Assembly (NCBI GenBank): GCA_965207225.1 | Contig: CBDBLV010000003.1 | Coordinates: 160,001-224,000, forward strand | Direction of reading: 5' to 3' | Length of the DNA stretch: 64,000 nucleotides | Origin: Dehalococcoidia bacterium | Lineage (GTDB): Bacteria; Chloroflexota; Dehalococcoidia; Plut-88900 | Shown: positions 18,722-28,823 of the stretch, piece by piece | How the letters are laid out: every line of letters starts with the position of its first letter | Numbering within the stretch: the first letter of the stretch is position 1 | Notes under the pieces: model-generated | Told to the model about the DNA's origin: nothing | The model's database searches: none | The model's input: the letters and a program-made list of their open reading frames with translations, nothing else | Program-made: the position numbers and the translations under genes

Positions 18722-19671
18722 TGAGCGAATTGGGATTCGGGGTCACCCTGTTCGACGCGAATGAACGGCCAGTCATCAAGCAGGGTGTCGATGCCGAGGC
18801 CTGGAACTACTCCATCTTCTGGGCCCCCGAGTTCCTAGGTATCCCCACCCTGGAGCCCTTTCCCGTCCTCTCAGCAGTAGCACAGCACACAACCAGCATC
18901 AGGCTCGGCACCGGAATAGCGGGGCTGTCCGTCCGCAGCCCCGTCCAGATGGCCAAGGCCGCCGTCACCACGGACATCCTTTCCAACGGTCGGTTTGTCC
19001 TGGGGCTGGGGTTGGGGGGCCTTATTCCCAAAGACCTGGAGGTGGAGAACGTACCCAGCCTGGGGGAACGAGGCCGCATCTCCAACGAACGGCTCGAAAT
19101 CCTTTACCGTCTCTTCACAGAGCGCACCATCTCCCATTCCGGCGACTACTACAACTTCAAGGACTACACGTTTGGGCCGGGGCCCGTGCAGAAGCCACGC
19201 ATACCAATCTGGCTCGGGGCACGGTACACGGGCAAGATCGCCGATGCCGCCATGAAGCGGGCCGGGACCTACGCCGACGTGTTCATCTTCCCCGCCGATA
19301 CCCCCACAACCTACTATCCCTACGCCAAGGACAAGGTCCGGGCCTACGCGGAGGCGGCGGGTCGGGACCCGGAGGCCATAGGGTTCGCCAGCACGATGTG
19401 GACGTGCCTAGGATCAACTCGGGAGCGGGCCATAGATGTGGCGAACCGTATAATCCCGGAGATGCTCAGCGTGCCCTGGAAGGTGCCAGACAACGCCTGT
19501 TACGGAATGGGTACGCCTGAAGACTGCATCGCGACGGCGGAGGAATTCAAAGACCTGGGAGTCTCCCACATCATCATGAACCCCTGCTGTGATTACGAAG
19601 AGGTCACAGCTCAGACCGAGCGGTTCGGGCGTGAGGTAGTCCCGCACTTCCAGACTAAAGGCGCTAGATGA
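18721..19671 (+). CDS. LLM-class oxidoreductase
   Basis: ATG overlaps the previous stop (TGATG); SNGRFVLGLGLG; close paralog of the next gene. Confidence 0.9.
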   Translation: MSELGFGVTLFDANERPVIKQGVDAEAWNYSIFWAPEFLGIPTLEPFPVLSAVAQHTTSIRLGTGIAGLSVRSPVQMAKAAVTTDILSNGRFVLGLGLGGLIPKDLEVENVPSLGERGRISNERLEILYRLFTERTISHSGDYYNFKDYTFGPGPVQKPRIPIWLGARYTGKIADAAMKRAGTYADVFIFPADTPTTYYPYAKDKVRAYAEAAGRDPEAIGFASTMWTCLGSTRERAIDVANRIIPEMLSVPWKVPDNACYGMGTPEDCIATAEEFKDLGVSHIIMNPCCDYEEVTAQTERFGREVVPHFQTKGAR

Positions 19672-20612
19672 GCCCAATGCAATTCGGCGTAACCCATACG
19701 AGGTCCGAGGAACGGACTGCTGTCCAGCAGGGTGTCGATGCCGAGAATTGGGGGTTCTCCATATTCTGGGCCCCGGAGTTCCTCGCCATCCCCACACTGG
19801 AGCCCTTCGCCGTTCTTTCCGCGGTAGCACAGCACACCGCCTCCATCAGGTTAGGCACCGGGGTGGCAGGGCTGGCCCTCAGAAGCCCCTTCCAGCTGGC
19901 CAAGGCCGCCATCACCACCGACATTCTTTCCAACGGACGGTTGGTGCTGGGGCTCGGTCTCGGAGGCGTGCATCCCAAGGACCTGGAAGTCGAGGGCATA
20001 CCGAACCTGCGGGAGCGGGGCCGCATCTCCGACGAACGTCTCGAAATCCTCTACCGGCTTTTCACTGAGAAGAACGTCTCCCACTCCGACGAGTACTACC
20101 AGTTCGAGGACTTCACCCTCACCCCCGACCCCGTGCAGAAACCCCACGTGCCCATCTGGGTCGGGGCACGGTGGTCGGGCAAGATCTTCGACGCCGCCCT
20201 GAAGCGCGCCGGGACCTACGCCGATGTCTTCATCTTCCCCGCCGACACCCCAACGGACTACTACCCGGGCGCCAAGGAGAAAATCAGCAAGTACGCCGAA
20301 GCTGCAGGCCGGGACCCGGGCGATATCCGTTACGCCTCGACTATCTGGACATGCCTCGCCTCATCGCGGGAAGAAGCAAAGGCCATTGCCAACCGTGAGA
20401 TTACCCGTTCGCTGCAAGTCCCCTGGGTGGTCCCCGACAACGCCTGCTACGGGCTCGGCACGCCGGAGGACTGCATAGCCACCGTGGAGGAATTCGCAGA
20501 CCTCGGCGTATCCCACCTACTCCTGGCGCCCTGCTGTGAACCCGCAGAAACCACGGCACAGACCGAGCAGTTCGGCCGCGAAGTCGTATCCCATTTCAAA
20601 GGTGTTGAGTAA
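19668..20612 (+). CDS. LLM-class oxidoreductase
   Basis: ATGA overlap; shares long identical blocks with 18721-19671. Confidence 0.9.
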   Translation: MSPMQFGVTHTRSEERTAVQQGVDAENWGFSIFWAPEFLAIPTLEPFAVLSAVAQHTASIRLGTGVAGLALRSPFQLAKAAITTDILSNGRLVLGLGLGGVHPKDLEVEGIPNLRERGRISDERLEILYRLFTEKNVSHSDEYYQFEDFTLTPDPVQKPHVPIWVGARWSGKIFDAALKRAGTYADVFIFPADTPTDYYPGAKEKISKYAEAAGRDPGDIRYASTIWTCLASSREEAKAIANREITRSLQVPWVVPDNACYGLGTPEDCIATVEEFADLGVSHLLLAPCCEPAETTAQTEQFGREVVSHFKGVE

Positions 20613-21541
20613 TGAGCAAACTGCAGTTCGGACCCCTCTTTTTCCCCACCGAAGAAGGCCCCGAGGCCCTGGAACTCGCCAAAATGGCCGACGATCTCGG
20701 CTACGACTACTTCTGGGTGCCTGACTACGTGACCCTCCCTTATTTGGACGCCTTCGTGCTCCTGGCTGCCGCGGCCCGGGAGACCAAGAATGTGAGACTT
20801 GGGACAGCGGTGACCCTGGCCCCGTTCCGGTCGCCCTTCCAGATGTTCAAGGATGCGGCCTCGGTTGACGTGCTTTCGGACGGGAGGCTGACGCTGGGCG
20901 TGGGTATCGGCGCAGTGGCCCGAGACTTTGAGATCGCCCAGGTCGACTTCCGTAAGCGGGGCCGCATCTCTGACGAGTACATCGACATCACCCGACGTCT
21001 TCTCGCCGAGGAGCACGTGGACTACGACGGCGAGTTTTACAGCTTCCGCGACCTGACCATGGGCCCCAGGCCCGTGCAGAAGCCCGTCCCCATCTGGATT
21101 GGCGCGAATGGCCAGAACGGCTTTCCCCCGGGCGTGCTGCGCAGGGCCGGACGGCTGGGCGACGGCTTTTTCCCCACAGAGACTCCGGTCAAGACCTTCA
21201 CGGAGGCCCAAGCCAGCATCCAGGAGCACGCCGAGGCCGTGGGTCGGGACCCCGACGCCATCGGCTGGGGACTGCTCACCTGGAGCGCCCTGGCCGACAA
21301 CCGGGAAGAGGGGGTCAGGACAGCTGAAAGGGAGATCGGGGCCCGGCTGAACAAGGTACACACGGTGAACCCGGATGCCGGGTACGCCGTCGGGCGGCCG
21401 GAGGACATGATCGAGACCATCGAGTCCTTCGCCGAAATTGGCGTGACCAACTTTGTCATAGACCCTGGCTGCCACCCCCGCGACATCCGCACCCTTGTCG
21501 AGACCTTCGCCAAAGAGGTCATGCCCCATTTCCGCGACTAG
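20612..21541 (+). CDS. LLM-class oxidoreductase
   Basis: TAATG overlap; paralog of 17777 (WVPDYVTL, DFEIAQVD, NFVIDPGC). Confidence 0.9.
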   Translation: MSKLQFGPLFFPTEEGPEALELAKMADDLGYDYFWVPDYVTLPYLDAFVLLAAAARETKNVRLGTAVTLAPFRSPFQMFKDAASVDVLSDGRLTLGVGIGAVARDFEIAQVDFRKRGRISDEYIDITRRLLAEEHVDYDGEFYSFRDLTMGPRPVQKPVPIWIGANGQNGFPPGVLRRAGRLGDGFFPTETPVKTFTEAQASIQEHAEAVGRDPDAIGWGLLTWSALADNREEGVRTAEREIGARLNKVHTVNPDAGYAVGRPEDMIETIESFAEIGVTNFVIDPGCHPRDIRTLVETFAKEVMPHFRD

Positions 21542-22442
21542 GCCGATGATTCGAGCCAAAGGAGACTGACATGGCCCTGAAAATAGGCATCCACGCTGGT
21601 CCGCAGGACTGCTCCTACGAAGACCTGAAACGGCTGTGGCACATGGCCGACTCCTCGGGGTTTTACTGGGTCTCGGTCTGGGACCACTTCTACGAGACCC
21701 CGGTTATCGACGGCAAGGGCCCCTGCTTCGAGGCCGTGTCCATCATGACCGCCCTGGCTGCAGAGACCAAGAACGTACGGGTAGGGTGCCTGGTATTCTG
21801 CGTCGGGACCCGGAACCCGGGCTTGCTGGCTAAAGCTGCAGTCACTATCGACCACGTCAGCAACGGGCGGCTGGAGCTGGGCATCGGGTACGGGCCCTGG
21901 GGTCCGGAATACGTTGCCTACGGGCTCGACCTACCCACCATGAAGACCCAGATGGACATCCTAGAGGAATCTGCGCAGATCACCCGCTCCATGCTCCACA
22001 ACGGGACAACCAGTTTCCAAGGTAAGCACTTCCAGATCGAGAACGCCCACGTATACCCCCGACCCGTCCAGGACCCCCCGAGGCTCTGGATAGCGGGCAT
22101 AGGTGAAAGGCGCATTCTGCCGATGGTCGCTCGCTACGCCGACGGCTGGAACGCCACATACATCCCCGACGCCGCCTTCAAGTCCAAGAACGAACTCTTG
22201 AACAGGCTTTGCGAAGAAGGGGGTCGGGACCCGGCGGAGATCGCCCGTACCTGCAACGTCGGCTTCTACATGGGCGCCGACCAGAAGGCCGCTGAGCGAA
22301 AGCGTCGGGAGTTCGAGGAGAAGTGGGGTAGGGGGGAGGCGGGACCCGACGACGCGAAATACGACAAGGACCGGGACTACCTCTCGGAATTCGAACAGGG
22401 GATGATCTTCGGCACTGCCCAGAACGCCATAGAGCGGCTCGG

Positions 22443-24330
22443 CCCAAATCCACCGCCTAATTGAATGAGAATACCTCGTTGGAGTCGGCTGCAAAGCTGA
22501 CTAAGATGGTAAGTGACAATCCCAAACCATCACCAACGAGGTGCAGTTATTATGCAACATGGAGTCCTACCGTTCCAGTACAGGGCAGAGAACCGCATCG
22601 GGGGCATGACGGCGCTATCGGGGTTGGCAGTCTACCTGGAGATGGCCGAGGCAATCGGCCTTGGCGAGTCGATCAGACGCCACGTGAGGGTCAGAGAGGG
22701 AGGCCAGGGTTGGACGGACCGTCAGATGGTCACCTCACTGACGCTGTTGAACCTGGCGGGCGGCGAAGGGGTGGACGACCTTCGCGTGCTGGAGGCGGAC
22801 GAGGGCCTTGGCCGGATGTTGGGAAGGGTGGAGACCCACCGGCAGCGAGCTTCGGAGCGCAGGGCGGTGCGCAACCGGTGGCGGCGTGACCGACACCGCT
22901 ATGTGCCGTCTCCATCGGCGGTGTTCCGGTATCTGAGCCAGTTCCACGACGCATCCCAGGAGGAGGCGAGGCAGCCTCATACGGCGTTCATACCCCAGGC
23001 CAACGACGCGCTGGACGGACTTGGGAAGGTCAACGCCGAGATGGTGGGCTTTGTCCAGGGCCACGTCGGGCATAGGCAGGCGACACTGGATATGGACGCG
23101 ACGCTGGTCGAGACTCACAAGCAGGAGGCGCTCTACTGCTACAAGGGATTCAAAGCCTATCAGCCGCTAACGACATACTGGGCCGAGGCGGACCTGGTCG
23201 TCCACTCGGAGTTCAGAGACGGCAACGTTCCTGCGGGATTTGAGCAGCTACGAGTGTTGCGAGACGCGTTGGAGTGCGTACCCGAGGGAGTGGAGCGGGT
23301 GATGCTGCGGTCCGACACGGCAGGCTACCAGAACGATCTTCTGGAGTACTGCGCCGAGGGGAGAGACGAACGGTTCGGAGTGATCGAGTTCGCGATTGGG
23401 GTACGCGTCACGGACGAGTTCAAGCATGAGGCGGCGCTGGTGGAAGAGAGCGAGTGGCGTCAGTTGCCCCGGATGATGGGGGAGTTCGAGGTGGAGACGG
23501 GGCAGGAGTGGGCCGAGGTGGGCTTCATGTCCAGTCGATTAGGTCGCTACAAGGAGGGTCCCGCCTACCGTTTCATAGCCGTCAGAGAACCTCTGAGGCG
23601 ACCGCCGCTACCGGGCATGGAGAGTGAGTTTGAGCTGTCGGTTCCGGTCATGCAGATGCCGAACCACGGCTGGTACAAGATCAGCGGGATAGTGACGAAC
23701 CGGGAGCTTCCGGGAGACGAGGTTGTGCGGTGGTACCGTGAGAGATGCGGGAAAGGCGAGGAGGTCCATAGTGTGCTGAAGGAGGACCTGGCGGGCGGGA
23801 GACTGCCGTCGGGACAGTTCGGAGCCAACGCAGCGTGGTGGGCGATAACGGTGCTGGCGTTCAACCTGAACTCGGCGGTCAAGCAGTTGGCGCTGGGTGA
23901 TGAGTGGGTGACCAAGCGGCTCAAGGCGGTGCGCTTCGCTCTGATCGACCTTGCCGGTCGAGTGGTCTACCATGCCAGGAAGCTGCTGATCCGACTGGCG
24001 CGAGGTCATCCATCGTTCCCGCTGCTGGTCGGGGCACACCGGAGAATAGCGGCGCTGGCTCACGGCCCTCCCTGAATCTGAGACGGTCCGCGCCACAGCC
24101 TATCGGTCAAGCGACGTGGATAACCGTCGTAGGGACGCTGCGTCCTCCTACGAGGCCAAACGGCTCAAAATCGACGCAAAACATCGTAAAGCAGCACCCC
24201 AAGACCCTCATACGTCCACCATCGGCCCCGCCAAACCACTGCTAACCCTGTCAGTAGCCAATCGACGCCCCCACCGGCCCAACCGAAAGGTCAGAAAATC
24301 AGATTCCTACCTTTAGGCGGTGGATTTGGG
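22443..24330 (+). mobile_element. IS1380-family insertion sequence, 1888 bp
   Basis: Perfect 18-bp terminal IRs CCCAAATCCACCGCCTAA (22443-22460) and TTAGGCGGTGGATTTGGG (24313-24330); TCGG duplicated on both flanks. Confidence 0.95.
22552..24075 (+). CDS. IS1380-family DDE transposase
   Basis: TLDMDAT, YQPL, FRDGNVPA, RSDTAGY, YRERCGKGEE, FGANAAW. Confidence 0.92.
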   Translation: MQHGVLPFQYRAENRIGGMTALSGLAVYLEMAEAIGLGESIRRHVRVREGGQGWTDRQMVTSLTLLNLAGGEGVDDLRVLEADEGLGRMLGRVETHRQRASERRAVRNRWRRDRHRYVPSPSAVFRYLSQFHDASQEEARQPHTAFIPQANDALDGLGKVNAEMVGFVQGHVGHRQATLDMDATLVETHKQEALYCYKGFKAYQPLTTYWAEADLVVHSEFRDGNVPAGFEQLRVLRDALECVPEGVERVMLRSDTAGYQNDLLEYCAEGRDERFGVIEFAIGVRVTDEFKHEAALVEESEWRQLPRMMGEFEVETGQEWAEVGFMSSRLGRYKEGPAYRFIAVREPLRRPPLPGMESEFELSVPVMQMPNHGWYKISGIVTNRELPGDEVVRWYRERCGKGEEVHSVLKEDLAGGRLPSGQFGANAAWWAITVLAFNLNSAVKQLALGDEWVTKRLKAVRFALIDLAGRVVYHARKLLIRLARGHPSFPLLVGAHRRIAALAHGPP

Positions 24331-24471
24331 TCGGGAGCCTGCAGGAGTCGGGGGCGGACCAGGTCAACATCTCCGTCCGCGCCCCCTTCGACTGGGAGGG
24401 GCTGCAGGCTTTTACGGAGGAGGTCATTCCGGCGTTCAAATAGCCGCACCTACCCATAGGCACGGTCCAAC

Positions 24472-25812
24472 TTACTCCCCCGTCACCCGATCAACAAACT
24501 CCTTAGCCAGCCCGAGATACGAGTCCGGGTCCAGCAGGCCGTCTATCTCCGCCTCCGATAGGACGCTGGTAACCCTTTCATCCTCCATCAGCAGTTCTTT
24601 GAGCCACCGACCTTCCTCGAACGCCTTTTGCGCCGCCTCGTAGACCACATCGTGGGCCGTGAACCGGCCCAGGGTTTCTGCCAACCCGATCATCACCGCC
24701 TCGGACATTATCAGTCCTCGGCTGTGGTCCAGGTTCCGGCGCATGGCCTCGGGCTTCACCTGCAGGTTCTCGAATATCCCGATGGACAGGTTGAGTAAGC
24801 CCGCGCTCAAGATGCACCCTTCCGATACGAAGTGCCATTCGCTGTGCCACACTGCCGAGTCCCGCTCGTCCTCATGCTCCAGCCCCTCCAGCGCCGCCCC
24901 GGCCAGCGCTCGGATGGTCCGGGCCACGGCGATCACCTGCTCAGACCAGGTCGGGTTTCGCTTCTGGGGCATCGTGCTGCTCCCGACCTGCCCCGCCCCG
25001 AACTTCTCCTCAAGCTCGCCCATTTCAGTCCGCTGCATCAGCACTACTTCGTGGGTCATCTTGGCCAGACTGCCCGCAATCATCGAAAGCACCGTGATGA
25101 ACTCAACAAGGTTGTCCCGGGCCGAGTGCCACGTAATGACCGGGTTCCCGAGCCCCAGGTCCTCCATCAGGGCGTCCCGCACCTCCGAGGCCCTGTCACC
25201 CAACGACGAGAGCGTTCCAGCTCCTCCGCTGAACTGCCCTACCAAAAGCCTGGGCTCGCACTGCTCCATCCGCTCGATGTGTCGGCCCATCTCCGCCGCC
25301 CACACCGCCACCTTGTAACCGAAGGTGATCGGCAATGCCTGCTGCCCATGCGTCCTACCCGCCATCAGAGTCCCCCGGTGCTCCTTTGCCAGGTCGATGA
25401 GCGTCTGGTGCACTCGCCGCAGGTCCCGGGTCAGGATCGACAGGGCCTGCCTCAGCTGCAGCACCATCCCCGTGTCCATGATGTCCTGCGTCGTCGCGCC
25501 CCAGTGGATGTACTCCCCCGAGTCCCCCGGACAGTGCCGTTCCAGCTCCTCGATGACCGGTACGATCGGGTGCCGGGTCACGTCCATGTCCCGCTTGATC
25601 GCTTCGATGCTCATTTCGTCGGCGTTGCAGTGGACGACTATGGCATCGGCGGCTTCCTGTGGGACTACGCCCAGGCGACCTTCGACTCGGGCCAGGGCTG
25701 CTTCCACATCGAGCCAGCTCTGCAGCTGGTTCCGCTCCTCGAAAACGGCCCGCATCTCGTCGGTGCCGAACAGGTCCTTGAAAAACGCCGAGTCCAGGGG
25801 TGTCGATCCCAT
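24472..25812 (-). CDS. Adenylosuccinate lyase / 3-carboxy-cis,cis-muconate cycloisomerase family protein
   Basis: HWGATTQD, GRTHGQQALP, GSSTMPQKRNP. Confidence 0.88.
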   Translation of the reverse strand: MGSTPLDSAFFKDLFGTDEMRAVFEERNQLQSWLDVEAALARVEGRLGVVPQEAADAIVVHCNADEMSIEAIKRDMDVTRHPIVPVIEELERHCPGDSGEYIHWGATTQDIMDTGMVLQLRQALSILTRDLRRVHQTLIDLAKEHRGTLMAGRTHGQQALPITFGYKVAVWAAEMGRHIERMEQCEPRLLVGQFSGGAGTLSSLGDRASEVRDALMEDLGLGNPVITWHSARDNLVEFITVLSMIAGSLAKMTHEVVLMQRTEMGELEEKFGAGQVGSSTMPQKRNPTWSEQVIAVARTIRALAGAALEGLEHEDERDSAVWHSEWHFVSEGCILSAGLLNLSIGIFENLQVKPEAMRRNLDHSRGLIMSEAVMIGLAETLGRFTAHDVVYEAAQKAFEEGRWLKELLMEDERVTSVLSEAEIDGLLDPDSYLGLAKEFVDRVTGE

Positions 25813-25958
25813 GTGTGATGTTCCTTTCGGGAGTTGAAGATACTCGCGACAAACAAGCCTAATGCTCGCTGTCGGGTATGGCAACAAATCATAATTCTTT
25901 TCCATTTGCCTAAACGCCAAGTGATCAACCCTGCATTCTAGTCATGTATAATGATGTA

Positions 25959-25970
25959 TCCCAAATGGGG
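25959..25970. promoter_or_regulatory. Candidate autoregulatory operator of the TA operon
   Basis: TCCCA-AA-TGGGA palindrome just downstream of a TATAAT box. Confidence 0.4.
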
Positions 25971-25992
25971 ACCTAATGCATAGGGGTGTGTG

Positions 25993-26256
25993 ATGGCGAA
26001 GACTGCAATGGTTCGTGCGCGGGTAGAGCCGGAATTGAAGCGCCAGGCCGAAGAACTATTTTCGGAGCTTGGACTATCAGCAACGGAGGCAATTACGCTC
26101 TTCTACAAGCAGGTCGCAATACATCGCGGCTTACCTTTCTCTGTGCGAATTCCCAATAAAAAGACCATGGAGGCCATGAGACAAGCTGAGAATCGAGAAG
26201 ACCTCCTCGAATATTCCAGTATCGAAGACTTCAGGGAAGACCTCGAGCGCGCATAA
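25993..26256 (+). CDS. dinJ: RelB/DinJ-family antitoxin
   Basis: MVRARVEPELKRQAEELFSELGLS...GLPF...PNKKT. Confidence 0.88.
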   Translation: MAKTAMVRARVEPELKRQAEELFSELGLSATEAITLFYKQVAIHRGLPFSVRIPNKKTMEAMRQAENREDLLEYSSIEDFREDLERA

Positions 26257-26523
26257 ATGCGGCTCCGCACAACCAGGCAGTTTAGGAGAGATGCAGGTAG
26301 GGCGAAGAGACGTGGCAAGTCACTCGACAAACTCTGCGCAGTAGTAGAACTGTTATTGTCGGGCGAGCCCCTCCCTGAAAGATACCGACCTCACCGCTTG
26401 TCAGGTCAGTGGTCTCACTATTGGGAATGCCACATCGAACCCGATTGGCTTCTGGTTTGGAGCCGAGAGAATGGTGACTTGATCCTGATACGCACCGGTA
26501 CGCACTCAGACCTTTTCAATTGA
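26257..26523 (+). CDS. yafQ: YafQ-family mRNA interferase toxin
   Basis: HRLSG, ECHIEPDWLL, RTGTHSDLF. Confidence 0.92.
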   Translation: MRLRTTRQFRRDAGRAKRRGKSLDKLCAVVELLLSGEPLPERYRPHRLSGQWSHYWECHIEPDWLLVWSRENGDLILIRTGTHSDLFN

Positions 26524-26585
26524 CCAGTTCCTATACCCACCCCGCGCTATAATGTCCCCACCCCACCCCGAGGAGGAACCCCGAC

Positions 26586-26987
26586 ATGGAGAAGGAAGTA
26601 GTCAATTCACCGAAGATAGGCAAGGCTTTTTCGAGCACCACCTGTCACGCTACCAAGGCCGGCGGATTCCTGTTCATAACGGGACAGGTCGCCAACCCGC
26701 CGGATGTCGGCGGCGACCCCCACTCCACCCCCGAGATGGGCACCATAGAGCAGCAGGCCACCCAGGTCATGGAGAACCTCAAGGCCATACTTGAGGAGGC
26801 CGGCACTAACTTCGACAACGTGATCAAGCGCAACGTCTACCTCACCCACATCAACGATTTCGACCCCGTCTACAAGGTCATGGAGAACTATCTCTCCTCG
26901 CCGATGGCCAGCACGGGCGTCCTCGCAGGGCTGATTCCCCCCAGCGCCCGACTCGAAATCGAGCTCATCGCCGTCATCCCAGACTAA
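26586..26987 (+). CDS. RidA/YjgF family protein
   Basis: LFITGQV, QVMENLKAILEEAG, NVYL, LEIELIA. Confidence 0.88.
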   Translation: MEKEVVNSPKIGKAFSSTTCHATKAGGFLFITGQVANPPDVGGDPHSTPEMGTIEQQATQVMENLKAILEEAGTNFDNVIKRNVYLTHINDFDPVYKVMENYLSSPMASTGVLAGLIPPSARLEIELIAVIPD

Positions 26988-27015
26988 TCCCGCCCAACAT
27001 TAGGAGAATCTCCCC

Positions 27016-27441
27016 ATGTTCATCCGCCTCCACCACGTCGGACTCCTGGTCAAGGACCTCAACGAGACCAGGCGCCTCTACTGCGACCACTACGGCCTTA
27101 GACCGGGCCGGGAGTTCGATCTGGTTGAAGAAGACGTTCGCATTCTCAACATACCTATCGGTGACAGCATGATTGAGGTCAACCAGGTAATCAATCACGA
27201 CAGCGGCGTGGGACGCTACCTGGAGAAGAACGGCGACGGCTTGCACCACATCTGCCTGGAGTCCGACAACCTGGACGCCGACTTGGCGATGCTCAAGCCA
27301 CTGGGCTACGACCTCATCAAGCCTATAGGGTCAAACGACTACGGCTTTCGGGTCGGGTGGATACACCCGAAGCAGGCGCAGGGCGTCCTGATCGAGCTCT
27401 GGGAGAATCCCAAGGGCAAGCCCGACATCTCCCGCTCCTAG
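27016..27441 (+). CDS. VOC-family protein (methylmalonyl-CoA epimerase-like)
   Basis: LHHVG, GLHHICL, IHPK...GVLIEL. Confidence 0.85.
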   Translation: MFIRLHHVGLLVKDLNETRRLYCDHYGLRPGREFDLVEEDVRILNIPIGDSMIEVNQVINHDSGVGRYLEKNGDGLHHICLESDNLDADLAMLKPLGYDLIKPIGSNDYGFRVGWIHPKQAQGVLIELWENPKGKPDISRS

Positions 27442-27503
27442 CCTTCTTCCTGTCCTACCCAGCCCCCGTCTTTCCCATGAAATCGGGAGTCCGGAGAGAG
27501 CCC

Positions 27504-28739
27504 CTAGTCCTGGGGACGTCGGTCCCATTCGGAGGAGAGGAAGAGGGCGCCGACGCTGAGGGTCAGACCAGCCATGCCTACTATGGTGAGGGCGAGGCGT
27601 CGGTCATCAGTGAGTTCGTGGAGGACGCCTGCCACTACGGGGCCGCCCATGGCACCGATCATCAAGGCCGACCTCAGAAATCCCATGGCCACGGCGATTT
27701 CCCGGGTGCGTATGCCTTTCAGCTGGAAGGGTATGGTGAAAATCACGGGGAAAAAGGTGAAGCTCAGGCCATGGAGCAGGGAGATGATCACCAGCAGGGG
27801 GAAAGAGCCGGAATAGAGCAGGGCAATTGTCGTCACGGATATCAAGATTCCGCCCATGCGCAGGGCCGTCCTGCGCCTTCCGGTCTTGTTGATCAGAAGG
27901 TTGATTCCCAGGCCCGACGGCCCGGCAACCATCCCGCCGATCGCCCAGATTAGGGCGGAGGTCTGTATGTCGATGCCATAGGTGTCCTTCATGTGGCTGG
28001 GCCAGAAGGTGAGGTAGGAAGCGAATGTCATCTCCACACCCACTAACCCGAAGGCCAGGAGCCACAGCTCCTTGTAGCGCAAGGTCCTCCTGATGGATAC
28101 CGGCTCCTTGATTTCGCTTTCGGTCTCTGCGTCGGGTAGGGGGCGCTCTCTCCCGACCAGCACCCAGACTACGGCAATTGCGATAGTGACGAAGCCAAGC
28201 ACTTGCATAGTCCTGCGCCAATCTCCGTCCAGGGCCTTCAGGATTACCGGCACCAGCATGAAGAATGCCGCCCCGATGCCCCAGAGAAGCTCAATGGACG
28301 CGTTGGCAATCAGGATCTGTCGGGGCTTGATCCACATCCTGAGGAGGAGGGTGCGGGCGGGCTCCCTGATGGTTATGGACAGCCCGTATAGCGCCCTGGC
28401 GAGGAGCAGGAAGCCGTAGACCGGGGCCCAGGCCTGCATGAAGATGACCAGTATGGCGCCGACAATGGAGGCCAGCGTGACCCACTTAGGAGAAAAGCGG
28501 GAAAGCCACAGGCCAAAGGGTATGGACAGCAGCAGGATGGTGAATTGCGGCGCAGCCCCGAGAAGCCCTTCAAGTATGGGGGTTAGGCTGAGTTCCTCGC
28601 GCATGCTGGGCAGGAAGAGCCCGAGGGTCTCCATGACCAGGTATCCCCACATGTGGATGGCCATCCAGGTGAGGATGACGACCCAACCGTAGGTGGGGCT
28701 GCTGCCGGTGTTGGATGCTTGCTGGACTGCCTGCGCCAT
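27504..28739 (-). CDS. MFS transporter
   Basis: About 12 hydrophobic segments; tandem paralog of 28824-30056. Confidence 0.88.
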   Translation of the reverse strand: MAQAVQQASNTGSSPTYGWVVILTWMAIHMWGYLVMETLGLFLPSMREELSLTPILEGLLGAAPQFTILLLSIPFGLWLSRFSPKWVTLASIVGAILVIFMQAWAPVYGFLLLARALYGLSITIREPARTLLLRMWIKPRQILIANASIELLWGIGAAFFMLVPVILKALDGDWRRTMQVLGFVTIAIAVVWVLVGRERPLPDAETESEIKEPVSIRRTLRYKELWLLAFGLVGVEMTFASYLTFWPSHMKDTYGIDIQTSALIWAIGGMVAGPSGLGINLLINKTGRRRTALRMGGILISVTTIALLYSGSFPLLVIISLLHGLSFTFFPVIFTIPFQLKGIRTREIAVAMGFLRSALMIGAMGGPVVAGVLHELTDDRRLALTIVGMAGLTLSVGALFLSSEWDRRPQD

Positions 28740-28823
28740 AATGCGGGCAATCCTATCACCAAAAGGGACGGAGGCAACGTCCTGGAGGTATGGGAAACGA
28801 ATCGATGGAGGATCGAGGACAGC

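Larger units (their letters stand above)
21571..24443 (+). pseudogene. LLM-class F420-dependent oxidoreductase interrupted by IS1380
   Basis: 5' part 21571-22442 (SVWDHFY); removing the IS and one TCGG restores ...ERLGSLQESGADQVNISVRAPFDWEGLQAFTEEVIPAFK*, stop at 24441-24443. Confidence 0.92.
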
